From: Sphingomonadales bacterium
GTDB lineage: Bacteria > Pseudomonadota > Alphaproteobacteria > Sphingomonadales > Sphingomonadaceae
Reading direction: 5' to 3'
Assembly: GCA_027485735.1 (NCBI GenBank)
Contig: JAIXQM010000007.1
Span: 36,007 to 100,006 of the forward strand
DNA: 64,000 nucleotides
Each line of letters opens with the position of its first letter. The first letter of the stretch is position 1. Below are positions 37,445 to 46,589 of the stretch, one piece after another. Below the pieces are notes generated by a model. That model saw only the letters and a program-made list of their open reading frames with translations. It was not told where the DNA came from and did no database searches. The position numbers and the translations under genes were made by a program.

Positions 37445-38431
37445 TCACCCGGCAGTTGGAGCCAACCCTGCGGGCGGAATTGTGCCGCCGGCCGCCATCA
37501 GACCCAGATTCTGACAATGGTCGTTCGGCATTTTGTCGGCGTTGTTCAGGAGGAACTGGGCTGCTTCTTCAGCCCTGGCTGCCGCCTTGAAGACGGCGGT
37601 GTCGTCATCGCGCAGCAGCTTCAGCCACGAGGCGAGATAGGCTGCATGGTTGTCGAGATGCCCGGCAGGCAGACCAATATCCGCACCGACCATGGCACTG
37701 GCCATCTCGGCGATGAGTTCCTCGCGGGCATAGTCCGGACTGCCGAACCGGTTCTGAAGTTCGCGGCCAAGCCGGCTCTTGTGCCCGGTCCAGTGAGCAA
37801 GCTCATGGATGGCTGTGGAACCATAAAGCGCGTAGCTCTCGAAATCCTGCCATCGCGGCATCTGGATGAAATCTCGGGCCGGTACATAATGGGCGCTGTC
37901 GCCGCCGATGCGGATATCGGCGCCCTGGGCCGCAATGAACGCGTCGACTTCAGCGCGATGTTCCTCTGCCGGCGCAACCCGTCGCAGCGGCGGCCGGGTG
38001 AACCGCTCAGGCAGATTGTCGATCTGGGCTACGTTGAACACGTGATAGGCGCGCATCACCCGGTGCCGGGATGTCACATCCTCTCCGGATGCATCATCAA
38101 TTCTCGTCCTCTCATAGCTCTTGAAGAAGATGGCGATTTCGGACGCCTCACCGCGCCGCACCTGTCCGCCCAGCGCAGCAGCTTGTTGATAGGTCATCCA
38201 GGTTTGCACGGTATAGCCGCGCGCCTCGGCGATCAGCCATAGGTAGATGGCGTTGATGCCGCGATAAGGCTGGCCGCAGGCGCGCATCGGTCGGGCCAAT
38301 TCAGCCGGCGTGGCCCACGGCTTTCGCCAGGGGTTGGTGCCGGCCTCAAGGCGGGCAATGAGGGCAGCAGTGATGGTCTGCGCAGGCGAAGGGCGTGCGG
38401 CAGCGGCCGCACGGGTGCGGTAATAGGGCAT
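37445..38431 (-). CDS. ardC: ArdC-like antirestriction protein (ssDNA-binding N-domain plus zincin domain)
   Basis: LEAGTNPWRKPW...GQPYRGINAIYLW is the N-terminal domain. IHELAHWTGH is the HExxH metalloprotease motif. Confidence 0.85.
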   Translation of the reverse strand: MPYYRTRAAAAARPSPAQTITAALIARLEAGTNPWRKPWATPAELARPMRACGQPYRGINAIYLWLIAEARGYTVQTWMTYQQAAALGGQVRRGEASEIAIFFKSYERTRIDDASGEDVTSRHRVMRAYHVFNVAQIDNLPERFTRPPLRRVAPAEEHRAEVDAFIAAQGADIRIGGDSAHYVPARDFIQMPRWQDFESYALYGSTAIHELAHWTGHKSRLGRELQNRFGSPDYAREELIAEMASAMVGADIGLPAGHLDNHAAYLASWLKLLRDDDTAVFKAAARAEEAAQFLLNNADKMPNDHCQNLGLMAAGGTIPPAGLAPTAG

Positions 38432-38475
38432 GGCATGTTCCTTGTGCTTGTTGGTGTGGCGCGGCGCGCGGCGGG

Positions 38476-38790
38476 TCAGACGGCGGACCGCGCAGGCATT
38501 GATGAGCCGCCGGTCGGCAGGGTCAGTTGCTGGTCAATGTACACGCCGTCCCGAGCAGCCCAGTCGATGCAGGCGAAGATTTCGGCTGACGCGATGTTCA
38601 CACCAATCGAGGCAGCGCAAACCAGCAGCAACGGGGTGAACAGACGGCGTTCGATGGTCACAGCTTCTCTCCGTGGCCCGCCATGGGCCATCTGACACCT
38701 GCTCACTTTGCTCTCGAAGATGTGCCGGGCTGACCGGTCCCTGTTGGCGACCGGGTTCTCGCAGAGCTTCCAGCAAGGCCTCCGCCGCAT
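38476..38790 (-). CDS. Hypothetical 104-aa protein with one hydrophobic segment
   Basis: Third-position GC is 85% in 38701-38820 for this frame. It contains FTPLLLVCAASIGVNIASA. It lies 44 nt upstream of ardC. Confidence 0.45.
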   Translation of the reverse strand: MRRRPCWKLCENPVANRDRSARHIFESKVSRCQMAHGGPRREAVTIERRLFTPLLLVCAASIGVNIASAEIFACIDWAARDGVYIDQQLTLPTGGSSMPARSAV

Positions 38791-38966
38791 CGCCGCGGGC
38801 CTTCAGTTTCCATGCGCGACGGGCCGGTTGCGAGGTCGTCATCGAACCAGCTGGCCATGTCCGGTTCGGCCAGATCAAGGCGATTGCCGCTGGGCAGAAG
38901 CAAGACGGCACGATGACCGTCTAGCAAGTGGGATCGGGGGTTACCGGTCGACGGATCGCGGGCTTG

Positions 38967-41900
38967 TCATGACCGCGCGCCCTGCGCCGACGTGGAATCG
39001 GGTACCAGCATCCGTACAATCGCCTCGCCCCGGTCGGTGGGAATGAACAACCGCGTCCGGTAAGCGATGATTTCGGTGAAGCAGCCCAGTGACTTGTACC
39101 ATCCGAGCCGGTGCGGGTCGTAGCCCTTGAGTTCAAGCCGGACCTGGCCGTTGACCCGCGCCGGTGCCAGTTCAAGCGCGGTGCCCGGGATCGGACTGGC
39201 CCGCCGGCCAAGTGCCGCGCGGACGAGCGTGGCAGGGTCAGCCGCAACGCTGATCTCGGTGCCGAGCCGCTTGCCGAGCTGGTCGAGATCGGCCTCCTCG
39301 ATCAGCCGTCCGAGGTGGCTGATGCCGCCATCGACGGCCACGCGCCAGACGCGGATGTCTTCGCCGGGAATTTTGCTCCAGATCGGCAACAGCAGCCCGG
39401 TAATCATGCGTATGGTCGAGATGTCCATCGCTTCCATGGCCTGTGCCTCTTCTGCGTGCCACAATGCTGCTGCTTCGGCTTCGGGCACCGGCTGCCAGTG
39501 GGTGTCCGCAAGCTGAGTACCGACCAGCGTTTCGTTACGCGTTACGCGGAAAAGTCGGGTAACGCGTATGAGATCGCCGCTCTCACTCATCGACCGCTCG
39601 TCGGTAATGGCCGCCGCCACATGTCCAGACCTTGCGTTTCGCACAAAGGTGAGCCTTTTGTTGGCGCCGAACCGCTCGATCAGGCTCTCCCAATGGAACA
39701 CGCGCGGCCGACGATGCAATTCGAGCGTGCGCAAGTGAGTTTCAGCGGCGGTGGCAGGGTCGCGGCGCAGCAGTTGACAGTCAATCTCGACGATCTTCTC
39801 GGCGCGGATGGTCTCGACACCGCTGTCGAGCTTGCCGGCCTTGGCCAGCGCCTCGGCGCGGGCTTCGACAAGAGCGAGATACTCCTCGAAAATGCCGTTC
39901 TGCAGCGCGATAGGAAACGCCAGCAACCGGTTGAGCCAACGCTGGATCGGCGGCAGCTCTTCCTTAAGGGCACCGCTGTCCTTGTCGCAGAGGTTTAGCC
40001 CGGACCGGCGCTGAAAGCTTTCGAGATCAATCGCATCGAGCTTGCCGGCGTGCAGCAGCCGGTACCAGTTCAGCAGTGCCTCGCGGGCGTGGGCGCTTTC
40101 GAGATTGTCGGCGGCATTGAACAGATTCTGGCCGCCCGTCTGCCGCTGGCCACGGGTCAGGGCGCCAAGGCTGTCGAGCCGCCGGGCAATAGTCGAGATG
40201 AAACGCTTCTCGCCCTTCACATCGGTGGTCACCGGCCGGAACAGCGGCGCTGAGGCCTGGTGCGTGCGGTGCGAGCGGCCAAGACCCTGGATAGCGGCAT
40301 CAGCACGCCAGCCCGGCTCCAGCAGATAGTGGATACGCCGGGCCTGGTTCCGGGCGGCCAGATCGGCATGATAGCTGCGCCCGGTGCCGCCCGCGTCCGA
40401 GAATATCAGGATGCGTTTGGCGCCGTCCATAAAGGCCTGGGTTTCGGCGAGATTGGCGCGGGCCGAGCGGCTTTCGAGCTTCTGGCTGCCATCCCGCTGC
40501 GGCACCAGGCGCCGGCTGCGTCCGGTGATCTCAGCAATCAGTTCCGGACCATAGTGGCGGAGCAATGCATCAAGCGCGGCATGAACCGTGGGCAGTGCGC
40601 ACAGCTCTTCGACAAGGCCGTCACGCACCGCCACTGCTTCGGCCGAGATCACGGGATTGCCGCTCCGGTCGACCGCAACGCGCGAACGCATCTGGCCTTC
40701 CTCGTCCCTGTAAGGCTCCATCAGCATGACCGGGAACGCATTGGTCAAATAATCGATGACGAGTTCGCGCGGGCTCAGATCAATGTCGAGGTCGGCCCGC
40801 TCCTCGGGCGTCAGATCGGCAACGCGGCGGTCGAGCAGGGCTTCGGCGGTCGACACCAGCTGGATGACGATGCTGTAGCCGCGCTCTAGGTCTGCATCGA
40901 TGGCCGGGATAAGGCTGGGCAGCTTCATGGCGGTCAGCACCTGGGCAAAGAAGCGCTGCTTGGCGCTTTCGAACTTCGACAACGCGGCACCGCGGGCCTG
41001 GCCGTTGAGCGTTTTGCCGGTGACGGCGTCGTTGACATTGGTGGCAGCGAGCACCGCTTCAAGATTTTGGTGAATGATCTCCCAGGCGTCGCAATACCGG
41101 TCATAAACGGCGATCTGGTCGGGCTGCAGCCGATGCTCAAGGATGTCATATTCGATGCCCTGATAGGACAGCGCCCGCGCGGTGTAGTAGCCGAGCGCTT
41201 TCAGGTCGCGCGCCACCAGTTCCATGGCGGCGATGCCCCCCTCGCGCATCGCCTGCATGAAGGCTTCGCGCTGACCAAACGCGGTGCCGGTGCCCCATAG
41301 GCCGAGCCGGGTCGCGTAGGCGAGATTGGCAACTTCGGTGGCACCGGTAGCAGATACATAGAGGACCCGGGCCCGCGGCAAACGGTGTTGCAGCCGCACA
41401 CCGGCAATACCTTGCTCGGACCCCTTCACAAGCCCACGCGCTGTCTCGCTGCCGGCAGCGTTGGCCAGCGCATGGCTCTCGTCAAACACGATGGTGCCGT
41501 CGAACGCGCCCTCGTCGCCGCCCAGCCAGGCGAGGATCTGGTCGATGCGGCTGCCCTTGTCGGCCCGTTCCGAGCGCAAGGTGGCATAGGTGGTGAACAA
41601 TATGCCGGTATTGATCGTGATCGGTACATCGAGATCAAAGTTGCTGATGGCCTGAATGTCGAGCCCGATACCGCCAAGCGCCGCCCAGTCCCGCCTTGCA
41701 TCCTCAATCAGCGTGGCGGTCTTCGAGACCCACAGATGCCGGCGCCGGCCGCGGCACCAATTGTCCATAAGGATACCGGCCACCTGCCGGCCCTTGCCGG
41801 CACCGGTGCCATCACCAAGAAAGAAGCCGGCACGGTAAGCAAGACCCTCGGCATGCTCCTCGAGCGTCAGGTCATTGTTGGCGGGCCGATAGCGACCGGG

Positions 41901-43304
41901 CAGATCCCGCTCGAACGACTGACCGGCATAGATAATGGTTTCCAGCTGGGCACTGGACAGGCCCTTCAATGCGAAGGCCGGCAGCAGCGGGCGATAGGAC
42001 GGCTCAGGCGGCACGATGGCCGCCATGGCGAGCGACTCAACCAGTGGTGTAGGATGCGGTGCGGCACTTTCGAAGGCGATGCGTGCCACCCGGTGCGGGA
42101 CATAGAGACCGCTGGCCGCCTCCGCCGGCACTGGCTCGGCCAGCGCCGTGTAGGCCAGAGGGGTGGGATTGCCGGTGGTCATCGCCAATTGCGGCGGTCG
42201 AGGCGCTGCCGGACGTGGACGCTGGCTGGAAAGCAGGCCTGGCCGTAGCGGGGCGCTGGTCGGCTGGCGGGGAGGCACAGAGAGGAGGCGGGCGGGGCTC
42301 GGGCGCGATGCGGGTGCGGCGGTGCGGACCGGGCAACTGGTCAAGGCCGCGGCGGCGTCCATGTAGCTGGTTGCGGTGCGGTCGATCGTTGGCTGCATAT
42401 TGCCCTTGTCGAACACCAGCAACCGCACCCGGATTGACGTGCCATGAGCGTGGTAAAAGCTGCCATCGAGCAACAGATCGAACACGGGTGGCAGCATTTC
42501 CTCAACCGCAGCCCGCCCGGCACGGCCGCTGCCGTCGGCACTGAACCATTGCGGCATTACCGCCACACAGCGGCCATCCGGCGCGAGAAGCTTGAGTGCT
42601 GCCAGCAGATGACGGGCCCCGGCATGGGCATCCTCACCGATGCCGGCTGACCGGGAGAACGGCGGGTTCATCAGAATTAGGTTTGGCCTGGCGGTCAGTC
42701 GGTGCGGCAGCAGCACCGCATTATCGCAGCTGACTATTGCAGTGGGGAACAGCTCCCGCAGCAGAGCCGCACGGTCGGGATCAATCTCGTTGAGCAGCAG
42801 CCGTGCGCCTGCCTCGGCCAGGTGCACCGCGAGCAGGCCTGTTCCGGCTGACGGTTCGAGACACATCTCGCCGGCGCGGGGCTGCGCCAACGCCGCCGTC
42901 AGCATCGTGATCGGCAGCGGGGTTGAGAATTGCTGCCGCGCAATCTGCACTTGGGAACGCACCGTCTGGGTCGGCAGCAGCGCGAGCAGGCGCACGGCCA
43001 GGTTGATGCGCGCGCCAAGGCTGGCGGGATCGGTCCCGGCAGAAGCGAGGCCGGTTCGCCGTGCCATGAGCAACTGGGCGACCTCGCAGGCGTCATAGGC
43101 ATCGCGCATGGTCCAGGCGCCATCGGCGTCGGAGCCGCCCATCACCCCGGTCATGAGGTCGGTAAGCGCTGTGCGGCTGATCGCCCTGTCGGCGTCCAAT
43201 TCGTCGGCAAGGCGGGTAGCCGCCTCCACCAGCCTCGCAGCACGCGTCTGGTGGACATTGGGGACATTCGGGCAAAGGTCATCGAACAGTTGCGGTGTGA
43301 TCAT
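38967..43304 (-). CDS. Fusion protein: N6-adenine DNA methyltransferase plus Strawberry-notch-type (SF2) helicase, about 1445 aa
   Basis: Methyltransferase motif I is LEPSAGTGLL and motif IV is LILMNPPFS. The P-loop is GDGTGAGKGRQVAG and the DExH box is IVFDESHAL. Start taken at MITPQLFDDL, behind GGAG. Confidence 0.85.
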   Translation of the reverse strand: MITPQLFDDLCPNVPNVHQTRAARLVEAATRLADELDADRAISRTALTDLMTGVMGGSDADGAWTMRDAYDACEVAQLLMARRTGLASAGTDPASLGARINLAVRLLALLPTQTVRSQVQIARQQFSTPLPITMLTAALAQPRAGEMCLEPSAGTGLLAVHLAEAGARLLLNEIDPDRAALLRELFPTAIVSCDNAVLLPHRLTARPNLILMNPPFSRSAGIGEDAHAGARHLLAALKLLAPDGRCVAVMPQWFSADGSGRAGRAAVEEMLPPVFDLLLDGSFYHAHGTSIRVRLLVFDKGNMQPTIDRTATSYMDAAAALTSCPVRTAAPASRPSPARLLSVPPRQPTSAPLRPGLLSSQRPRPAAPRPPQLAMTTGNPTPLAYTALAEPVPAEAASGLYVPHRVARIAFESAAPHPTPLVESLAMAAIVPPEPSYRPLLPAFALKGLSSAQLETIIYAGQSFERDLPGRYRPANNDLTLEEHAEGLAYRAGFFLGDGTGAGKGRQVAGILMDNWCRGRRRHLWVSKTATLIEDARRDWAALGGIGLDIQAISNFDLDVPITINTGILFTTYATLRSERADKGSRIDQILAWLGGDEGAFDGTIVFDESHALANAAGSETARGLVKGSEQGIAGVRLQHRLPRARVLYVSATGATEVANLAYATRLGLWGTGTAFGQREAFMQAMREGGIAAMELVARDLKALGYYTARALSYQGIEYDILEHRLQPDQIAVYDRYCDAWEIIHQNLEAVLAATNVNDAVTGKTLNGQARGAALSKFESAKQRFFAQVLTAMKLPSLIPAIDADLERGYSIVIQLVSTAEALLDRRVADLTPEERADLDIDLSPRELVIDYLTNAFPVMLMEPYRDEEGQMRSRVAVDRSGNPVISAEAVAVRDGLVEELCALPTVHAALDALLRHYGPELIAEITGRSRRLVPQRDGSQKLESRSARANLAETQAFMDGAKRILIFSDAGGTGRSYHADLAARNQARRIHYLLEPGWRADAAIQGLGRSHRTHQASAPLFRPVTTDVKGEKRFISTIARRLDSLGALTRGQRQTGGQNLFNAADNLESAHAREALLNWYRLLHAGKLDAIDLESFQRRSGLNLCDKDSGALKEELPPIQRWLNRLLAFPIALQNGIFEEYLALVEARAEALAKAGKLDSGVETIRAEKIVEIDCQLLRRDPATAAETHLRTLELHRRPRVFHWESLIERFGANKRLTFVRNARSGHVAAAITDERSMSESGDLIRVTRLFRVTRNETLVGTQLADTHWQPVPEAEAAALWHAEEAQAMEAMDISTIRMITGLLLPIWSKIPGEDIRVWRVAVDGGISHLGRLIEEADLDQLGKRLGTEISVAADPATLVRAALGRRASPIPGTALELAPARVNGQVRLELKGYDPHRLGWYKSLGCFTEIIAYRTRLFIPTDRGEAIVRMLVPDSTSAQGARS

Positions 43305-43490
43305 GACAGGCTCCAAGCAGCGGCGCTCAGGGCTCATCCCCACGCCACCCCTGATTCGCCCCCTCTTCTCCTCGCCGCTGGCAGCGCGCGGGATGAGCAG
43401 CGGGGCGCGGGCATTCGATGCCAATACAGAAGCGGGCTCCCGGTTGTCCGGAAGCCCGTTCAGGATGGCCATGCGTATGGAAGCGGGTGA

Positions 43491-45548
43491 TCAGTCCGCC
43501 GGTTCGATCACTTCGTCCGCGTGAACCGCGGTTGCATCACTGTTCGCGGCCGGCTGGGCGAGAGGCGACTCGTCCGGGTTTTCAGTCTCCTCCCCTTTAT
43601 GGTCGGCCTCGACGTGCCCAGTGCCGGCTTCTTCGGTCGCGTCACTGGCGGCACGGCCCGCGGACCCGGCAAACTGCATCATATCGGGCACCCAGGCGAT
43701 GGCGGCGACTTTGATCTGCGGCTCGATGATCGCGGAACCGGCGCAGATCTTCTCGGCTGCCACCGCCAGCTCGGTCTTCTTCGCCGCGGCATAGCGGCCA
43801 CGCAGCTCGGGACCGCCGATCTGCTCAAGGATGGCGAGAATCGCGCGCTTCCTGATCCGACCGAAGAAATTGTCGGCGGTAGGGCGCCACCAGGCCGCCA
43901 CATCGATCCCGAGCTGCTGCCCGAGATGGTTTTGGAACTGGCCGTGCCGCTCATCGCGCAGCGTTGCTTCAAGGCTGTGGGCGACGACCCACCCCGCCCA
44001 GGCCGCACGCTCTTCTTCGCCAAGCGCACAGAAACCGGCGTAGCGCGAAGTGAGGTCGCTGTGGGTGCACCAGCTCTGGTCAAGGCTCTCGCCGATCCGG
44101 CCAAGTTCCTCGGCAATCGGCCCCCGGGTGCGGAACTCGGCAGCCCCGCGCCCGTTTGGCCGCGCCGCAATGTTGACTCCTGTGTTGTCACCAAAGGCGG
44201 TGCGCGTGCGCGCGTCAGCAAGAATGAAAATCATCAGGTCGAGCGCCATGCCCGGATTATGGGCAATGTGCACGGCGAGGAGATCGCGGCGCTGAACTGC
44301 GAGTTCGTCGGTCAGGCCGCGCGAAAGGACAGCGCCCTGGTCGTCATCCCCCTCGTCCGTCGCGCAAGTGGCACTGTGGGTCGTGCCAGGTATGCGCTGC
44401 TTGTCGGGGTTGCCCGACACATAGAGCGTGTCGTGCACAACGATCTTTCCGTCCTTATCGATGACGAGAAAGGCGGTGGCCGTCGCCCTGTCCTGCGCGG
44501 CCGGTTCGGCCCACTTGTCCCTGAGCGATGCAAGTTCCGTTTCCAGGGCGTCGAACCGGGCCTGGATCGCCTCCTCGTTCGCAGCGTCTTCGGCCTGGTC
44601 ATAAGCCGTCTGCAGCGCCTGAAGCTCGGCTTCGATGACGTCGGCGCGTGCCGTTTCTTCATCGGTCAGCGGCAGGCGAGTCCGGCTCAGCGCCAGCATC
44701 TCACGCGTCTGCTCATATCCGGGGCGTGCGGCCGCCACCGGCACCACAGCGGCATAACCCTCGATCTGGGCCGCCGCGGTTGCCATCTTCGCATCAGCCA
44801 GCGCGATAACGATGCTGGCATCAAGCCAGATCTCGCCGGCGTCGCCGAACAGATCTGCTTCGATGCGCCCGCCGGTAGCCAGATAAGCGTCCCGGCCGAC
44901 CAACAGGGCGAGACGGTCGGTGGCGTTCATCGTGTCGTCGACCATCATCCGGCGGATGCTGTGCGGGGCGTAGTTGAACCGGCGTGCAGCTTCAAACACC
45001 TGGGCCTGCCTGGCATGGTCGCCGGTCACCCCATAGGCCTTGGCGACGTCGAGGCTGATCTCGCCATTGCGCAGCGCGTCGAACACCGCCGGAGCAAGCT
45101 GGCCCAGACGCAGACGGCCTTCGACAAAGCGGGCGGCGACCCCAAACCGGCGCGCCACGTCCTCGACCGTGGCGCCGTCGACCTCGATGCAGTGGCGAAA
45201 GGCGAGGCAGGCATCGGCTGGGTTCATCGCCTCGCGCTGAAGATTTTCCGCAAGGCTAACCTCTGCGGCCCTGTCACGCTGGTCCAGGACCAGCATCGGT
45301 ACGGTTGCGTTGGCGGGCAGCTTGCCTTCTGCGATCAGCTGCTTGACACAGTTCAGCCGCCGCCCGCCGGCAATCACTTCATACTTGCCGGACTTTTTCG
45401 GGGCCGGCACGCCAATCAGGTTCTGCAGCACGCCGCGCGCTTCGATATCCGCCATCAACTGGGCCAGCAGCGCCGGCTCGGATGGCACCTTGCGGACATT
45501 GAGGCGGCTGAGGGTGCAGTGCCGCGCTTCGATCATCTGGATGGTCAT
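43491..45548 (-). CDS. ParB/Srx N-terminal-domain protein (685 aa)
   Basis: MTIQMIEARHCTLSRLNVRK...VIAGGRRLNCV is the ParB GxxRxxA box. Start behind AAGGAGA. Confidence 0.8.
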   Translation of the reverse strand: MTIQMIEARHCTLSRLNVRKVPSEPALLAQLMADIEARGVLQNLIGVPAPKKSGKYEVIAGGRRLNCVKQLIAEGKLPANATVPMLVLDQRDRAAEVSLAENLQREAMNPADACLAFRHCIEVDGATVEDVARRFGVAARFVEGRLRLGQLAPAVFDALRNGEISLDVAKAYGVTGDHARQAQVFEAARRFNYAPHSIRRMMVDDTMNATDRLALLVGRDAYLATGGRIEADLFGDAGEIWLDASIVIALADAKMATAAAQIEGYAAVVPVAAARPGYEQTREMLALSRTRLPLTDEETARADVIEAELQALQTAYDQAEDAANEEAIQARFDALETELASLRDKWAEPAAQDRATATAFLVIDKDGKIVVHDTLYVSGNPDKQRIPGTTHSATCATDEGDDDQGAVLSRGLTDELAVQRRDLLAVHIAHNPGMALDLMIFILADARTRTAFGDNTGVNIAARPNGRGAAEFRTRGPIAEELGRIGESLDQSWCTHSDLTSRYAGFCALGEEERAAWAGWVVAHSLEATLRDERHGQFQNHLGQQLGIDVAAWWRPTADNFFGRIRKRAILAILEQIGGPELRGRYAAAKKTELAVAAEKICAGSAIIEPQIKVAAIAWVPDMMQFAGSAGRAASDATEEAGTGHVEADHKGEETENPDESPLAQPAANSDATAVHADEVIEPAD

Positions 45549-45587
45549 GGGGAAGATCTCCTTGCCCTGTCGCACCATGCCACAGGG

Positions 45588-46475
45588 TCATATTGTTCCC
45601 GCCCCCTCTTCTCTCTTTGCGCAGGCAACATCGTTCCAGTCGCCGACGTTTGCCGGTGGCCAGATATAGCGGATCTCCAAGCCGGGGCGTGCAAGGGTTT
45701 GGCGCGAAGAGGCTGCCGCCTCCCGCCCCGCGCGGTCGGGATCAGCGAGCAGCACCAGTTCCTCAACCTGGGGCGGTATCGCTATATGGGGTAACCGCCG
45801 CGTGCCCAGCGACGCCCAGACCGGAATGCGCAGGATAGCCTGGGCCGAAATGGCGTTTTCAAGGCCTTCGGCCAGCCCGAGAATACGGTCAGGGCGAGAC
45901 AGACGCACCGCGCCGCACCCGGGTTCTCCCAGCATCCGCCTCGGTGTGGCGATCTTTGCTTTGCCGTTGCCGTCGGGGTTGAGGAATGTCCGTTGCAAGG
46001 CGCGCAGGCCCTGGTCGTCCCGCACAGCCGCTACCAGTGCAGGACCGACATAGGCACCGGCCCCGCGCCCGATCCGCGCGGCAGCTGCGAATCGAAGTTC
46101 GGGGCAGTTGGTCCTGATCGCGCGAGCGGCGAGATAGCGCTCGGCGACAGTCCCGGCGATCGGTGCGGCGGCGTTCCAGAGCTTTAGCAGAAATGCAGGA
46201 TCATAGTGCCGTTGGATGGGGCGCGGTTGCGGAACAGATGACACGGCAACGCCGCCGCCAAACAGGCCGCGCCTGCGCAATCCTGCAATGACATCGCGCG
46301 TGTCGCAGCCGGCAAAGCAGGTGAACAGCAGTGCGGTATCGCCAACCCGCACTGACAGGCTTGGGGTGCGGTCGTCATGCGCAGGGCAGCAGCACAGTCC
46401 TTGTCGACTCTGCCACTTGCCACCCAGCGCCTCGACAATCGTGCGGCCCTGACAAACAAGATCGGTTGCGGACAT
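45588..46475 (-). CDS. Zinc-finger/Toprim domain protein (primase-like)
   Basis: CCCPAHDDRTPSLSV...FTCFAGCD is a CHC2-like zinc finger. The C-terminal LLADPDRAGREAA is a Toprim DxD region. ATG at 46475 behind GAAGGAA. Confidence 0.7.
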   Translation of the reverse strand: MSATDLVCQGRTIVEALGGKWQSRQGLCCCPAHDDRTPSLSVRVGDTALLFTCFAGCDTRDVIAGLRRRGLFGGGVAVSSVPQPRPIQRHYDPAFLLKLWNAAAPIAGTVAERYLAARAIRTNCPELRFAAAARIGRGAGAYVGPALVAAVRDDQGLRALQRTFLNPDGNGKAKIATPRRMLGEPGCGAVRLSRPDRILGLAEGLENAISAQAILRIPVWASLGTRRLPHIAIPPQVEELVLLADPDRAGREAAASSRQTLARPGLEIRYIWPPANVGDWNDVACAKREEGAGTI

Positions 46476-46589
46476 GACTCGTTCCTTCAAGTGTTCATAG
46501 CCATCCCGCCCTCCTCTTCTGGCACTTGTCGGGCGGGCCATTCGGTTCGTCGCCGAAATGTCGCGCAGGACAGTTGACTGGCGCTGAAG

